DNA from: Catajapyx aquilonaris
Taxonomy: Eukaryota
DNA length: 61,505 nucleotides
NCBI GenBank assembly: GCA_000934665.2
Contig: JYFJ02002180.1
Location: 1 to 61,505, forward strand
Direction of reading: 5' to 3'
This document shows, piece by piece, positions 39,701 through 51,948 of this stretch (position 1 is the first letter of the stretch; every line of letters starts with the position of its first letter). The notes beneath the pieces were generated by a model, which saw nothing but the letters and a program-made list of their open reading frames with translations, made no database searches and had not been told where the DNA came from. A program made the position numbers and the translations under genes.

Positions 39701-39971
39701 CATGGTCATCAAACCTATAGATTTAACTTTATTGAAACATTTATTACATTTTATGTCACAAAAAACACAGTTTCTACAGTATTAGGCAGTGGTATGGGTT
39801 CTTCACATTGGAATTGAACGAGATACTGTTGGCAACTATACTGTAATTGTATCACTTTTAGGATATCATTGATTTTAAAGGTGCGATTCTTTTTGTTTTT
39901 GAACCAAAGTGGTACGATAACCACAAATGAATGGTCCAAAAAGAATTCATTCTTTTTAACAGGTTTTATTT

Positions 39972-42220
39972 TCATTTCTGGCGAGGTTCTATGTGGATTT
40001 TAAGTCCATATTTTGGACGAAGAATGACGTCTGGAAGAATGATAATGTCTTCTCTTCGCTCCATGGCAGTTACCTTGAACCTTCGCAAAATGGTGGATAT
40101 GATCACCTTCTGTTCCAGCATGGCGAATCTTTGGCCTGCAATAATTATTAGTAGTTTGTTAAAAGAATGGAAATGCACAACCTGTATACATGCAACTATT
40201 CACGGATAATAAATAAGGCAAGAGCCATTACCGATGCAGTTTCTAGGTCCAGCACTGAAAGGGACGTAAGCAAACGGGTGTCTTTGTGCCACCCTGTCAG
40301 GCAAGAAGTGGTCTGGGTTGAACACCTCCGGGTTGGGGAAGACATCGTGGCGACGATGGAGATTCACAAGAGATATCATCACATTCGTGCCCTTGGGTAT
40401 GGTGCTACCAACTGGAATAGCAACTCAATTATTTATTAAGAAACTAATCAACTCCAATCAACTCATTGATGATTATTACGGATAGCCATGTCTTTCTCTA
40501 GCAGGCGCCCAATAATTGGTACGCTAGGGTATAATCGATGTGTTTCCTTGATGCACATGTCCAGGTAGGTCATCTGGGTCAGGTCAGCCATGGTCGCAGG
40601 ACGGTCGCTATCCCCGAATATTGAGTACAGCTCTTCCTGAACCCTGACCTGGTGATCGGGACTGCTGCCCAGGAGGAAGAGGCACCAGCACATGGCCATC
40701 GCAGTGGTGTCGTGCCCCTTTAGAGCATCTCTACTTCTATTATCCCATCGTGGTAAACATTAAACTTCATAATATTTGTCGAATTACCTCGAACATGAAG
40801 GTGTCTACTTCTTCTCGAATGTCTCTCTCGGTCAGGGTTTCGTCTTCCTCTGCACATTTGAGAAGAAGGTCCAGAAAGGCCAATCTCTTTCGCTTTTCGT
40901 CTGTATATTCAGAATAATTACCCTACTTAGTTCACGATGACATTCCATCATGTATGCTGGTGTGAACTTACCTGTGTCGACATCTGATGTTTCACTAGTA
41001 CAACCCATTTTCTTCTGCTGCAGTAATTCCTCTTTGCGTTTCCTTATCACCTACATGAGATTGCGGAACTAAATGTGTCACAAGCAGAGAAGGCCTCTCT
41101 CTTCGTACTTACATTATCTGTGTAGTTATGAAGAGTATCAAGAAGCTGCCTATTTTCACGTCCTAACTTCGTCAACGAAAATATAAACTCCGAATACAGC
41201 CAGGGGCGAAAATTTCGATACATGAATATTTCCGTTACTCTGAAAAATATACTACATGTATTCCTGTTATTTGACATTCCAATGGGTCGATAGTTGATGC
41301 CCCCTGCTATTGTACCTGTTTATGGATCGAATATATTCCGAATCCCTGTTGGTTTGTGTTCCTAGTTTAACCCCCATTGTTGCCTCTGTAAATAGGGTGT
41401 GGTAAGGACATACGTATTCACATTACACATAATCACTACCTGCAATTTTAAATTATTTCCATATGCTTACCACATATGATGTCTAATGTACAAGGAGTAA
41501 TGCAGGACATAATGTCACAGCCACTCGTCTCATTCTTCAGATTTGACATCAGGATTTGACTCTGATCGTTGAAAACTTTGATGAACTCTTCCAATATTTG
41601 GAAGTGAAAGGCTGGTGTCAACATCTTCCTTCTGGCTGACCATTCCTTTCCTGACAAACCGCACAGTGACAATACAGTCATCTAATAATTGTGTATGACC
41701 TCACCTGTATTTATTAGCAGCCCATTTCCCAACCATGGCAATAACAACTGATATCCCACAGCCTTGGTAATGTGTTCCTTGCTACTTAAAAGCACCTGAA
41801 AAATCATTGTGTTAAATATTGTGCGAACATTCACTCACACTTACATACCTCTACAGTCTCAGCATTTTCCGCCTTCGCCAATTCAAACATCCCTAGCCTC
41901 AAAAGACCCAAAGGAGTATGTGGTGAATACAGTGCTCCTACCCATCGCATTACATGGTAGATATCTACTTTATGAAATGCGTGATGGTGTCATTGAGTAA
42001 TAAAGCAAGTAACACAGTCGTACTAACCGTCTGGTTTCATAAATGCAAATTGCAAGACCGCTCCAATGAACGGAAACCCAAGTATTCTCCCGATGACATT
42101 TCCATCTTTGGCGACACTCACTCTATGGAAGTTGAGGTACAAAACGAACCAAAGTGCAATTACTCCAATTACAGCAAAAAGAAATAGATCGGAGACAGAG
42201 ATGAACAGAGACACTTCCAT
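39972..42220 (-). CDS. Cytochrome P450, CYP4 family (copy c)
   Basis: Starts [28 protein letters not shown] and [11 protein letters not shown] present; the exons checked are open. Confidence 0.92.
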
Positions 42221-42551
42221 CACCAAACCATTGCAAATATACACAAGTACGAATGGTGATAACTAGAAAGACACCAAACAAGACGATAACTTATCTCTCA
42301 ATGTGAAAAGTGATAAAGTCACGACCCTATGCCACTTGCCAATCGGTGCTACTTTGCATGATAATATTAGCATTACGCTATGAATAAATTGAACGTGTTC
42401 CAATTAACAGAGATGTGCATTCTGGATGCTGAAAAAGTGATTATTATGACATCCAAAGTCCGGAATAATTTGTGAAGGTTTTAAATGAACAAAGTCAAAT
42501 ATAATTGTCCAGTCTGAATGTTTTATAGGTTACGAGTAGCTGCGTAGCATT

Positions 42552-44787
42552 TCATTTCTGGCGAGGTTTTAATCGGACTTTAAGCCCATATTTAGGTCGC
42601 AGAATAACCTCGCTGAGAATAATCATGTCCTCTCTACTCTCCATGGCAGTCACTTTGAACCTTCTCAATATGGTGGATATGATCACCTTCTGCTCCAGCA
42701 TGGCGAACTTCTGGCCTGAAATGAGTAATTTGTTATAATAATGCACAACCTGTGACTTAAACATGAATCATATACTAATACAAAGTAAGAGACATTACCG
42801 ATGCAGTTTCTGGGTCCAGCACTGAAAGGGACGTATGCAAATGGGTGTCTTTGTGCCACCCTGTCCGGCAAGAAGTGGTCTGGGTTGAACACCTCCGGGT
42901 TGGGGAAGTTCTCATGACGACGGTGGAGATTTACAAGAGATATCAGAAGATTAGTGCCCTTGAGTATCGTGCCATCAACTGGATAAATCAACAGAGATAA
43001 TTATTATTTTCATCTGCCATCAATGGATTAGACGACCTACTTATATGATGATACATACGGATAGTTATATTTTTCTCTATATGCCGCCCAATCATGGGTA
43101 CGCTCGGGTAGAGTCGAAGTGTCTCCTTGATGCACATGTCCAGGTAGGTCATCTGGGTCAGGTCAGACATGGTCGCCGGACGGTCGCTGTCCCCGAATAT
43201 TGAGTCCAGCTCTTCATGGACCCTTACCTGGTGATCGGGACTGGTGCCCAGGAGGAAGAGACACCAGCTGATGGCCATCGCAGTGGTGTCGTGACCCTTT
43301 AGGACACCTTTAGTTAAATTATAACATCGTGGGATGCATGCCACTTGCATTATTTTGGTCGAATTACCTCGAACATGAATGTGTCCACTTCTTCACGAAT
43401 GTCCTTCTCTGTCAGGGTTTCGTCTTCCTCTGCACATTTTAGCAGCTGGTCCAGAAAAGCCAGTCTCTTCCTCTTTTCATCTGCATATTCAGGATAATTA
43501 GCAGTATACATGACAGGAACTTCCATCGCCCTACCGGTGTCGACGTCTGATGTTTTACTTATTGAACCTATTTCCTTCTGGTGCAGCAATTCCTCTCTGC
43601 GTTTCTTAATCACCTGTAGGAGAATGCGAAACCAAGTGAATTTCCCGCCACCAATTTATCTCTCTCTTTGTACTTACATGATCTGTGTAGCCATGAAGAG
43701 TATGAAGAAGCTGCCTATGTTCACGACCAAGCTTCGTCAGCGAAAATATAAATTCTGAATGCAGCCAGGGGCGTAAATTTCTGTATGCGAATATTTCCGT
43801 GACTCTGAAATGGTATGACTTACATTTCTGTTATTTTGGTTGTCAATGTGAAGCTGTTACTGATACCTGTTTATAGATCGAATATACTCTGAATCCCTGT
43901 TGGTTTGCGTTCCTAATTTTACACCCATTGTTGCCTCTGCGAATAGAGCAGAACTTTAAATCACGTTAAGGGTTATAATGTAAGTAGGGTTATGCTTACC
44001 ACAAATGATGTCTAATGTGCAAGGAGTAATGTGCGACACAAGGTCAAAGTCACTCGTCTCCTTCTTCAGAATTGTCAACAAGATTTGACTTTGGTCGTTA
44101 AAAACTTTGATGAACTCTTCCAGTATCTGGAAGTGAAATGCTGGTGTCAGCATCTTCCGTCTTGCGGACCATTTCTTCCCTGCCACACCAGAAGGAACAA
44201 TCCAATTAATATGCAGTCCTTCTGGCAGGTCAGTTTGACCTCACCTGTGCTTAGCAGCAGTCCATTTCCTAACCATGGCCATATCAACTCATATTGCATA
44301 GACTTGGTAATGTGTTCCTTGCTGCTCAGAAGCACCTGACAATATCAAGGATCTGTTAAATTATTGTGCAAATATTATATTTTTCCTCACTCTCCACATG
44401 GCTACATACCCCCACAGCATCAGGTGCTTCCACCTTCCCAATTTCCCATAGCCCCAGCCTCAAACGATCCACAGGACTGAGAGGTGTATTCAATGCTCCT
44501 GCCCATCGTATTAGGTGATAAATATCTATTTTTTAAAAATTCGTGACAGTTAATGAAACAATAATAAAAGTAAGTACACAGTCGCACTAACCGTCTTGTT
44601 TCAGAAATGCAAATTCCAAGGTCTTTCCAATGAACGGAATACCGAGCATTCTCCTGAAGCCGTTTCCATCCTTGCTAACACTCACTCTGTGGAAGTTGAT
44701 GTACAATACTAACCACAGTGTAATAACTGCAGTTACAGCATACCCTAATAAGTAGGAGAGAGAGATAAACGAAGACACTTCCATCAT
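42552..44787 (-). CDS. Cytochrome P450, CYP4 family (copy d)
   Basis: Starts MMEVSS; all CYP4 motifs present; ends LKPRQK-stop. Confidence 0.92.
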
Positions 44788-45173
44788 CACACCACGGCAA
44801 GTAATGAAGTTGAATTGGAATAAACAGCAAAGACACAAAGTATCAACAACAAGACGATAACCTATCTATGGAAAGCCATCACCCTAACGTCCTTTAGATA
44901 TAAATATATCAATGTCATTCAGTTTCACATTATCTTATATTTATTGGACACACTTCAATATTTTTGTTAATTTTTATTTGCATTTTATTGAAGGTTTGTC
45001 ATACTGACAATGCCTTGACATTGTACCTGGAGCTTTTGATTGGGCTAAACGTGAATGGAAATCTAATAGAAAACAAATGTATATACGGTATGCATTTTTT
45101 AATTACGCAATTATCTCATGTTGAGCACTTTCAAAGCCATAGATTTGATCTTAGCGTAATCAATGATGGCTTC

Positions 45174-47445
45174 TCACTTCTGGCGAGCTTCTATTCGGAT
45201 TCTGAGCCCATGTTTTGGACGCAGAATGATATCCGGAACAATGGTCACGTCCTCCCTCCGCTCCATGGCAGTCACTAGGAACATTCGCAAAATGGTGGAT
45301 ATTATCACCTTCAGCTCCAGCATGGCGAATCTCTGGCCTGCAATTAGTAGGTTACACACAGAAATACACGGATTATGGTATAAGACAAGAGATATTACCG
45401 ATGCAATTTCTGGGTCCAGCACTGAAAGGGATGTAAGCAAAGGGGTGTCTTTGTGCCACCCTGTCCGGCAAGAAGTGGTCTGGGTTGAACACCTCCGGGT
45501 TGGGGAAGACATCGTGGCGACGATGGAGATTCACAATAGATATCATCAGATTAGTTCTCTTGGGTATCGTGCCACCAACTGGAATAACAAAATATCTGCA
45601 ATCAATTGACGACAATCAACTCCTTTCGATGAATCTTACGGATGGTCATGTCTTTCTCTAGTTGGCGCCCAATAATTGGTACGCTCGGGTAGAGTCGAAG
45701 GGTCTCTTTGATGCACATGTCCAGGTAGGTCATCTGGGTCAGGTCAGTCATAGTCGCCGGACGGTCGCTGTCCCCGAATATTGAGTCCAGCTCTTCCTGA
45801 ACCCTGACCTGGTGATCGGTACTGCTGCCCAGGAGGAAGAGACACCAGCTTATGGCCATCGCAGTGGTGTCGTGCCCCTTTAGACCACCTTTATTTCTAT
45901 TATACCATAGTGAAAAGATTAAAACTTGCATTGGTCGAATTACCTCGAACATGAAGGTGTCCACTTCTTCACGAATGTCTCTCTCAGTCAGGGTTTCGTC
46001 TTCCTCTGCACATTTTAGGAGCAGATCCAGAAACGCCAGTCTCTTTCGCTTTTCGTCTGTATATTCAGGATAATAATTATTACCCTACATAGTTCACGAT
46101 GACATGCACTTCCATCATGTATGCTGGTGTGAACTTACCTGTGTCGGCATCTGATGTTTCACTCGTAGAACCCATTTTCTTCTGCTGCAGTAATTCCTCT
46201 CTGCGTTTCCTTATCACCTGAATGAGAATACGGAACTACAATCATGATGAAAACCAGACATGTCGCTTTTCGTACTCACATTATCTGTGAAGCCATGAAG
46301 GGTATTAAGCAGCCGCCTGTTTTCACGTCCAAACTTCGTCAACGAAAATATAACTTCCGAATGTAGCCATGGTCGAAAATGTCTGTACATGAATATGTCA
46401 GTGACCCTGAAAAAGATATGACATGCATTCCTGTTATTTGACATTCCAATGTATCAATAGTGCTATTGTACTGTACCTGTTTATGGATCGAATATATTCC
46501 GAATCCCTGTTGGTTTGTGTTCCTAATTTTACCCCCATTGTTGCCTCTGTAAATAGAGCAGGATGTAAGATCAGACAAGTTTTTTCATTGAGGGTTATGA
46601 CATGCTTTGAAGTTGTAATTTCACTTCCATTATGAGGAAAATATCTGCCTTATCCAGGTTACAGAACATTGCAAAATATAGCTTACCACATATAATGTCT
46701 AATGTACAAGAAGTAACGTAGGACATAATGTCAAAGTCGCTGGTCTCATTCTTCAGATTTGACATCAGGATTTGACTCTGATCGTTGAAAATTTTGATGA
46801 ACTCTTCCAATATTTGGAAGTGAAAGGCTGGTGTCAGCATCTTCCGTCTGGCGAACCATTTCTTTCCTTCTAAACCAGAAGATTCATAAGTTATTATGCA
46901 ATCCAATGATTTACTAGTCTGTATGAACTCACCTGTGGTTAACAACAATCCATTTCCCAACCAAGGTCGTAACAGTTCGTACCCAAACGCCTTGGTAATG
47001 TGTTCCTTGCTGGTCAGAAGCACCTGATACATAAAAATATTAAATTGTATATTTTTCCATCTCCTTTCCCCACTATCTTGTGCATACCTCTATAGCCTCA
47101 GCAGTTGCTATCATCGCAAATTCGAATATTCCAACTCTCATGAGCTCCACATGACTCAGTGGCGAACACACTACTCCTGCAGATTGCACGGTGTAGTAGA
47201 AATCTACTCATTGAAATCAGTGATAGTGTCATGAAGCAACAAAAGCAATTACACATGCACTGACCGTCCTGTTGGACAAACGCATATTCCAATACTTTTC
47301 CAATGAACGGATACCCGAGAATTCTCTTGAATCCGTTTCCATCTCTGCTGACACTCACTCTGTGGATGTTGATGTACAAAACTAACCACAGTGCAATTAC
47401 TCCGGTTGTAACACACACTAACAAGTCGGAGAGACACACTTCCAT
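45174..47445 (-). CDS. Cytochrome P450, CYP4 family (copy e)
   Basis: Starts MEVCLSD; all CYP4 motifs present; ends IEARQK-stop. Confidence 0.92.
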
Positions 47446-47576
47446 CACCAACCCGCGAAAATGTATAGCAATAAACAGAACGAAGAGAAACCAGCAGATA
47501 ACTTATCTGTGGAGTGTAATGATAATAAGAAAGCCATGACCCTATGTCACCTGCTAATCTGATGCTTTTAGTCTGG

Positions 47577-47700
47577 CTCCAGCCAATCGGAGTTGACCGT
47601 GACGTCAGCCGGCCACTTTTTCCATAGCGACGAAGATGGCGGCCTCCATAGGACACGTATACACAGTCCATAATAACTCCAGCCAATCAGAGGCGACGTG
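47577..47700. promoter_or_regulatory. Motif-dense segment between the divergent CYP4-e and orphan genes
   Basis: AGCCAATC (47581, 47681), TGACGTCA (47600-47607) and AAGATGGCGGC (47633-47643) match NF-Y, CRE and YY1 consensus sites. Confidence 0.55.
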
Positions 47701-47859
47701 ATACAAGTTGGCTACTCTCTTTCTCGAGAAATTCTGGTAATAAAATGAATCAACAATGACCATCAACAACAATTGGCCATCTTGCACCAAATATCGTAGC
47801 AATAGAAAATTCCATAAAAATTATAGTACGGACTGATTTATTTCGCTTCAATATCCAAC

Positions 47860-49126
47860 ATGTACACTTCCAAGGTGCACACACGTAACTCTCCGAGACC
47901 TGAGGTGAAGAAAGTGAAATATATTAAGGATCCAGACCATTTTACCTACCTGATCGAACGGTACCTGCGAACAGATGAACCTAGTTACGATATCGACCAC
48001 GATACATTGCTCAAGTTCATCAAGACATATGTAAGTACCTCCAAGTACACTTATAGAGGCATTGTACTGATGAGACTCATATTTTCAGTTTGAACCAGCC
48101 ATAGAACCATGTGAATCCCTAAAACCAAAACCTATTTTGAAATACGGAATCCAGGCGGATAGAGCTCGTCATAATTCTACGAGTGCCCAACAGCGCTTCT
48201 TTAACATATACAGAGCGAAGAGAAGAATGGCAAGTACTGTATTGTTGACAAAATACAAAATGTTCAACGCTGATACACTGATTGTCTGGATCTGACAGCA
48301 GTAGATAAATTTTTGTACGAGCGCAACCGAGTGCGCACCCTCCCTTACGCAGCTCCTCTATTCGCAACATCGCAAACGTCGGTCATTTTGTTCCCCACCC
48401 CCAAGTGTACCGGTACACCCACTATACACAGAGCTTACCAACTATCATTGATAATTCCAACCGTGCACGCTGCGCCAACTGTCATGCGCACTGGGTTGCG
48501 CTCGTAAAAAAATCTTATAAAATCTTACTCTTTCACTGCAGCAATCGACTCTTAGTCCAGCTGCGTACGACATAAGAAGGTGGCCTAATCACATCCCACC
48601 TCGTTACATGCCCATGGCACCACCACCACCAATTGATGCTTGGGAATTAGATGAAGTGCCATTTTTGGAAAGGTTCCTCTGGTACCAGCCACCTAGAACC
48701 CGTCGTTACACGAAGGTTGCATTCGACGATCTCCCAGCTGATCTTCTCATCATGGAAGTGAGTTATTACTACCATTTGCTTATTATTACCTTTATAACAG
48801 TTGATTGTCACAATACGCCTACAAAATGTTTTTGTCTCTTGCAGCAGCAGCACCATCATCGTCTTCCTTCGGTTGGAGGCCAATCCGTAATGAGCACCCA
48901 GAAACTCCGTCGTTCCAAAGAATCCATCTTTGATGACGACTCAGCGAACCAGGCAATGATGCAAGCCGATTACTTGCGTAACTATCGGAAGATAGCTTCA
49001 GTTTGGAGTCCTCCGCATGTCGCAGTGTCGGATGGGGGGCTTCGTCAGAGACAGAGTTTGAGCAGACGTCCTTCATACATGGAACATAAGAAGCACTCTA
49101 CTACTTCTACTCATTCAAACCATTGA
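47860..49126 (+). CDS. Uncharacterised multi-exon protein, ~290 aa, no recognised domain
   Basis: CAACATG start; exon 1 47860-48030 with gtaagt donor. Further open exons from ~48089, ~48299, 48542 (to IME|gtgagt) and ~48845-49126. Internal boundaries are uncertain. Confidence 0.5.
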
Positions 49127-49390
49127 AGTGTACACTACTATGAAATAAAAAAGAACTGCCGTGAGGTGGTGCGGTCCAGACATACGTGTACATGGTACGC
49201 AGGAGGCAGGGGTGCCCCTCTACGTAGACGTACGGTGTCCAGACAAGCCCCTATACGTGTACGTGGTTCTATCCTTCTGTCAGGCGTTTTGTGTGGCCCG
49301 CGTCTACGTTGGGTTGGCTCCCCTGGGGTAGGAGCGGTTGGCGCGCTTGCGGGGGGGCCGCCCAGCGGAGGCGTGGGGAAACACACAAAG

Positions 49391-49441
49391 GGAGACGAGA
49401 GACACAGAGAGAGAGAGAGGGAGGGAGGGAGAGAGAGAGAG
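49391..49441 (+). repeat. Imperfect (GA)n microsatellite
   Basis: GAGA/GAGG run visible directly in the sequence. Confidence 0.8.
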
Positions 49442-49788
49442 GGTTTCTCCGTAATTGTGGAAACTACTACTTATTAACGTTTTATTGAAATTTTAGCAAA
49501 TCTAATTTAACTTTCATTATTTACAAGTATAGTCACGAGCGAGGGATTTTCGGGTTACATAATTCGTTATCTCTAGACGAAATGAGCAGGCCTGAAAATC
49601 AGCCAGTGTTTGTGGATAGACCAATCGGGGTCAAAACTAGATAGCTAAATCACCCTTGGCATCCTCGTCAAAAAAAATAAAAATAAAAAAATAACCAGAT
49701 ATAACAAAACGGACGTTCCGCGATAATTTCTCAAATTTTCCTGCAATTCGTGGATAAGGACGGTTCAATTTTTGGACGAGCATCAACA

Positions 49789-50529
49789 ATGATGAGACTT
49801 GCAGTACTTCTTCTGTTTGTGTGTCTGGCCTCAGCCGATGAAACAGTAAGTTACTTACTCCATTTATTAAAATAATATTTATTATTATTTACTTATCTGC
49901 AACAATCAGCCAAGCCACTGTCGTATTCCGTCAAGAAATGGTGATTCATCAACAGTCAGACGAATCCAAGCAGCTTATCGCGAATGTGCATCGAAAGAAA
50001 TCGAGCCAAGAGTATGTAGAGTCATATATTTTATAATACAACAGAGGTCATTGAGTCACATATTTTTCAGTGCATGTTGGAATGCCTGATGGACACAGTG
50101 GAAGTGGTAAGCTCATAATTTCGGATTTTAAAATGTGCAAAAATTAATTTTAACATTTTGGATACAGCTTGATGAGAACAGTGAGGTAGATGCTGAAGAA
50201 ATAGTGGATCTGTACATATCTGAGGAAGGATATGAAGACACCAAAGCTTTCATGGCTGATAAATTCCGCGAATGCATTTCAAACAGTAAGTTGCACTTAT
50301 TTTTAAAATAAATAAAATTAATAATGTTGTCTTTTTTTATAATAAGATTATGAAACGGATCAGTGTACTCGAGTCCAACAAACTGTGGAGTGTGGTAATT
50401 CAGCATTTGCTGAGGTACAGTAATTACTGTTTAAGTATGTGTGTGAAATGCTAATTTAAATTTATGTTATAGGAATGCGATGAATTCAACGAAGTAGAGG
50501 ACACTACAACACAACTATTCCAGGAGTAA
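49789..50529 (+). CDS. OBP-like secreted protein C (8 Cys), ~145 aa
   Basis: Exons 49789-49845, 49910-50011, 50071-50106, 50168-50285, 50347-50414, 50473-50529. Signal MMRLAVLLLFVCLASA; mature C-x21-C-x8-C-x3-C-x42-C-x9-C-x8-C-x8-C. Confidence 0.82.
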
Positions 50530-51146
50530 AATGCCTCACATAATTTGTCACATTTATGTCACATTTTTGTTCATCCATAAATATTCTCAGAAATGTAATT
50601 GGGCTGGAAAAATATTTTTCTATTCTTTTGGTGTAAAAAATAAAACTAATATTTTTAAGCTACGTTATCATCTGACATATTGCCAAATGTCACGACACCA
50701 TTGGTATTTCCATCTGCAGTCACATGCCTAATGATTAGGAATAATTAGTTCATTTGACATGTAAAGAGTGTAATCACTATACTGTGGGTTGGTGACATGC
50801 CACATATGCAGAAAAATCTTGAAGGTCAGTTTATAATATGTGAAGAAATCTAAACGCACTAGCTCCAAGTTCAGAGGGTCATTGTTGAAACGACAGAGTT
50901 GACATTAACTTTCATCCCGAATGGAACATACGCAATATGTACGAATGTTTAAACAAATAAATAAATACACATAACTCAAGGCCGTCACCAGTGTCCAATA
51001 GAAATCAACCTAAAACACATTTCCGAGAAAAAGTTTTAGATATTAGTCATATTACTTTACGTCACACCCAGTCATGTAAACAGCGATAGTAAACATGATT
51101 CATAGCAGACTATTTCACTCCCTGTGAGTAGTTTCATCCAGCAACA

Positions 51147-51927
51147 ATGCAACTCCTGGTTCTCCTTTTTATTGTGGCAACATTTGTCCTGGCAGATGAC
51201 GAAATAGTAAGTGTCCAGTTTGCACAATTTATTCCTCATAGGCTAATCTATCACTATTATGCCAGCCAGCTCATTGTCGCATGCCCTCCACTGATGTGAG
51301 TGAATCAGTCGGCGAGCGACTCTCAGCTGCAGAACGACAATGTTTACCCAAAGAACAAGAATACAGGGTGAGTTTAAAAATCATTGACCTATATACAGAA
51401 TGAGTCAACATCATGTCATCCAATATTATTCTGATTCAATTTATAATTATTACAGTGCTCTGAAGAGTGTGTGCTGTACCAACTGGGTGTGGTATGATTG
51501 TATCAAAATGCTGTACCTATAGTACAATGAGAAGCTGTCAAAACCCTTTTAAAACTCAGGTGAATGAAGAAGGAGGCTTAAAACCAGAGGAGTTGGCCCA
51601 TATACTAATTCCTGGATATGGGTATGACGCAACTAGAGAATTTTTGGTGGACAGTTTTCAGCAGTGTGCTGAGAAGGGTAGGTTCATACTCCTCAATATT
51701 TTGACTTAGCAAATTTTTGGGGCGATTCGTTTTTCTTTGTGTTGACAGATCATGCAGACATCTGCGGGGAGGCGAAGGCAGTAGCAGAATGTGGATACGC
51801 TAAATTCTGGATGGTTTGTAGCAATCTAGTAATTTTGATGACTTATGTGCACAACTAGCCAATATTAATCGTGATTTCCATATCATTTTGTCAGGAATGT
51901 GCCGAAATCCCCGAAAGAAGCATTTAA
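51147..51927 (+). CDS. OBP-like secreted protein D (8 Cys), ~137 aa
   Basis: Exons 51147-51206, 51266-51367, 51456-51491, 51560-51677, 51749-51813, 51895-51927. Pattern C-x21-C-x8-C-x3-C-x42-C-x8-C-x8-C-x8-C. Confidence 0.82.
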
Positions 51928-51948
51928 AAAACGGTTATTTTGGAAGAA

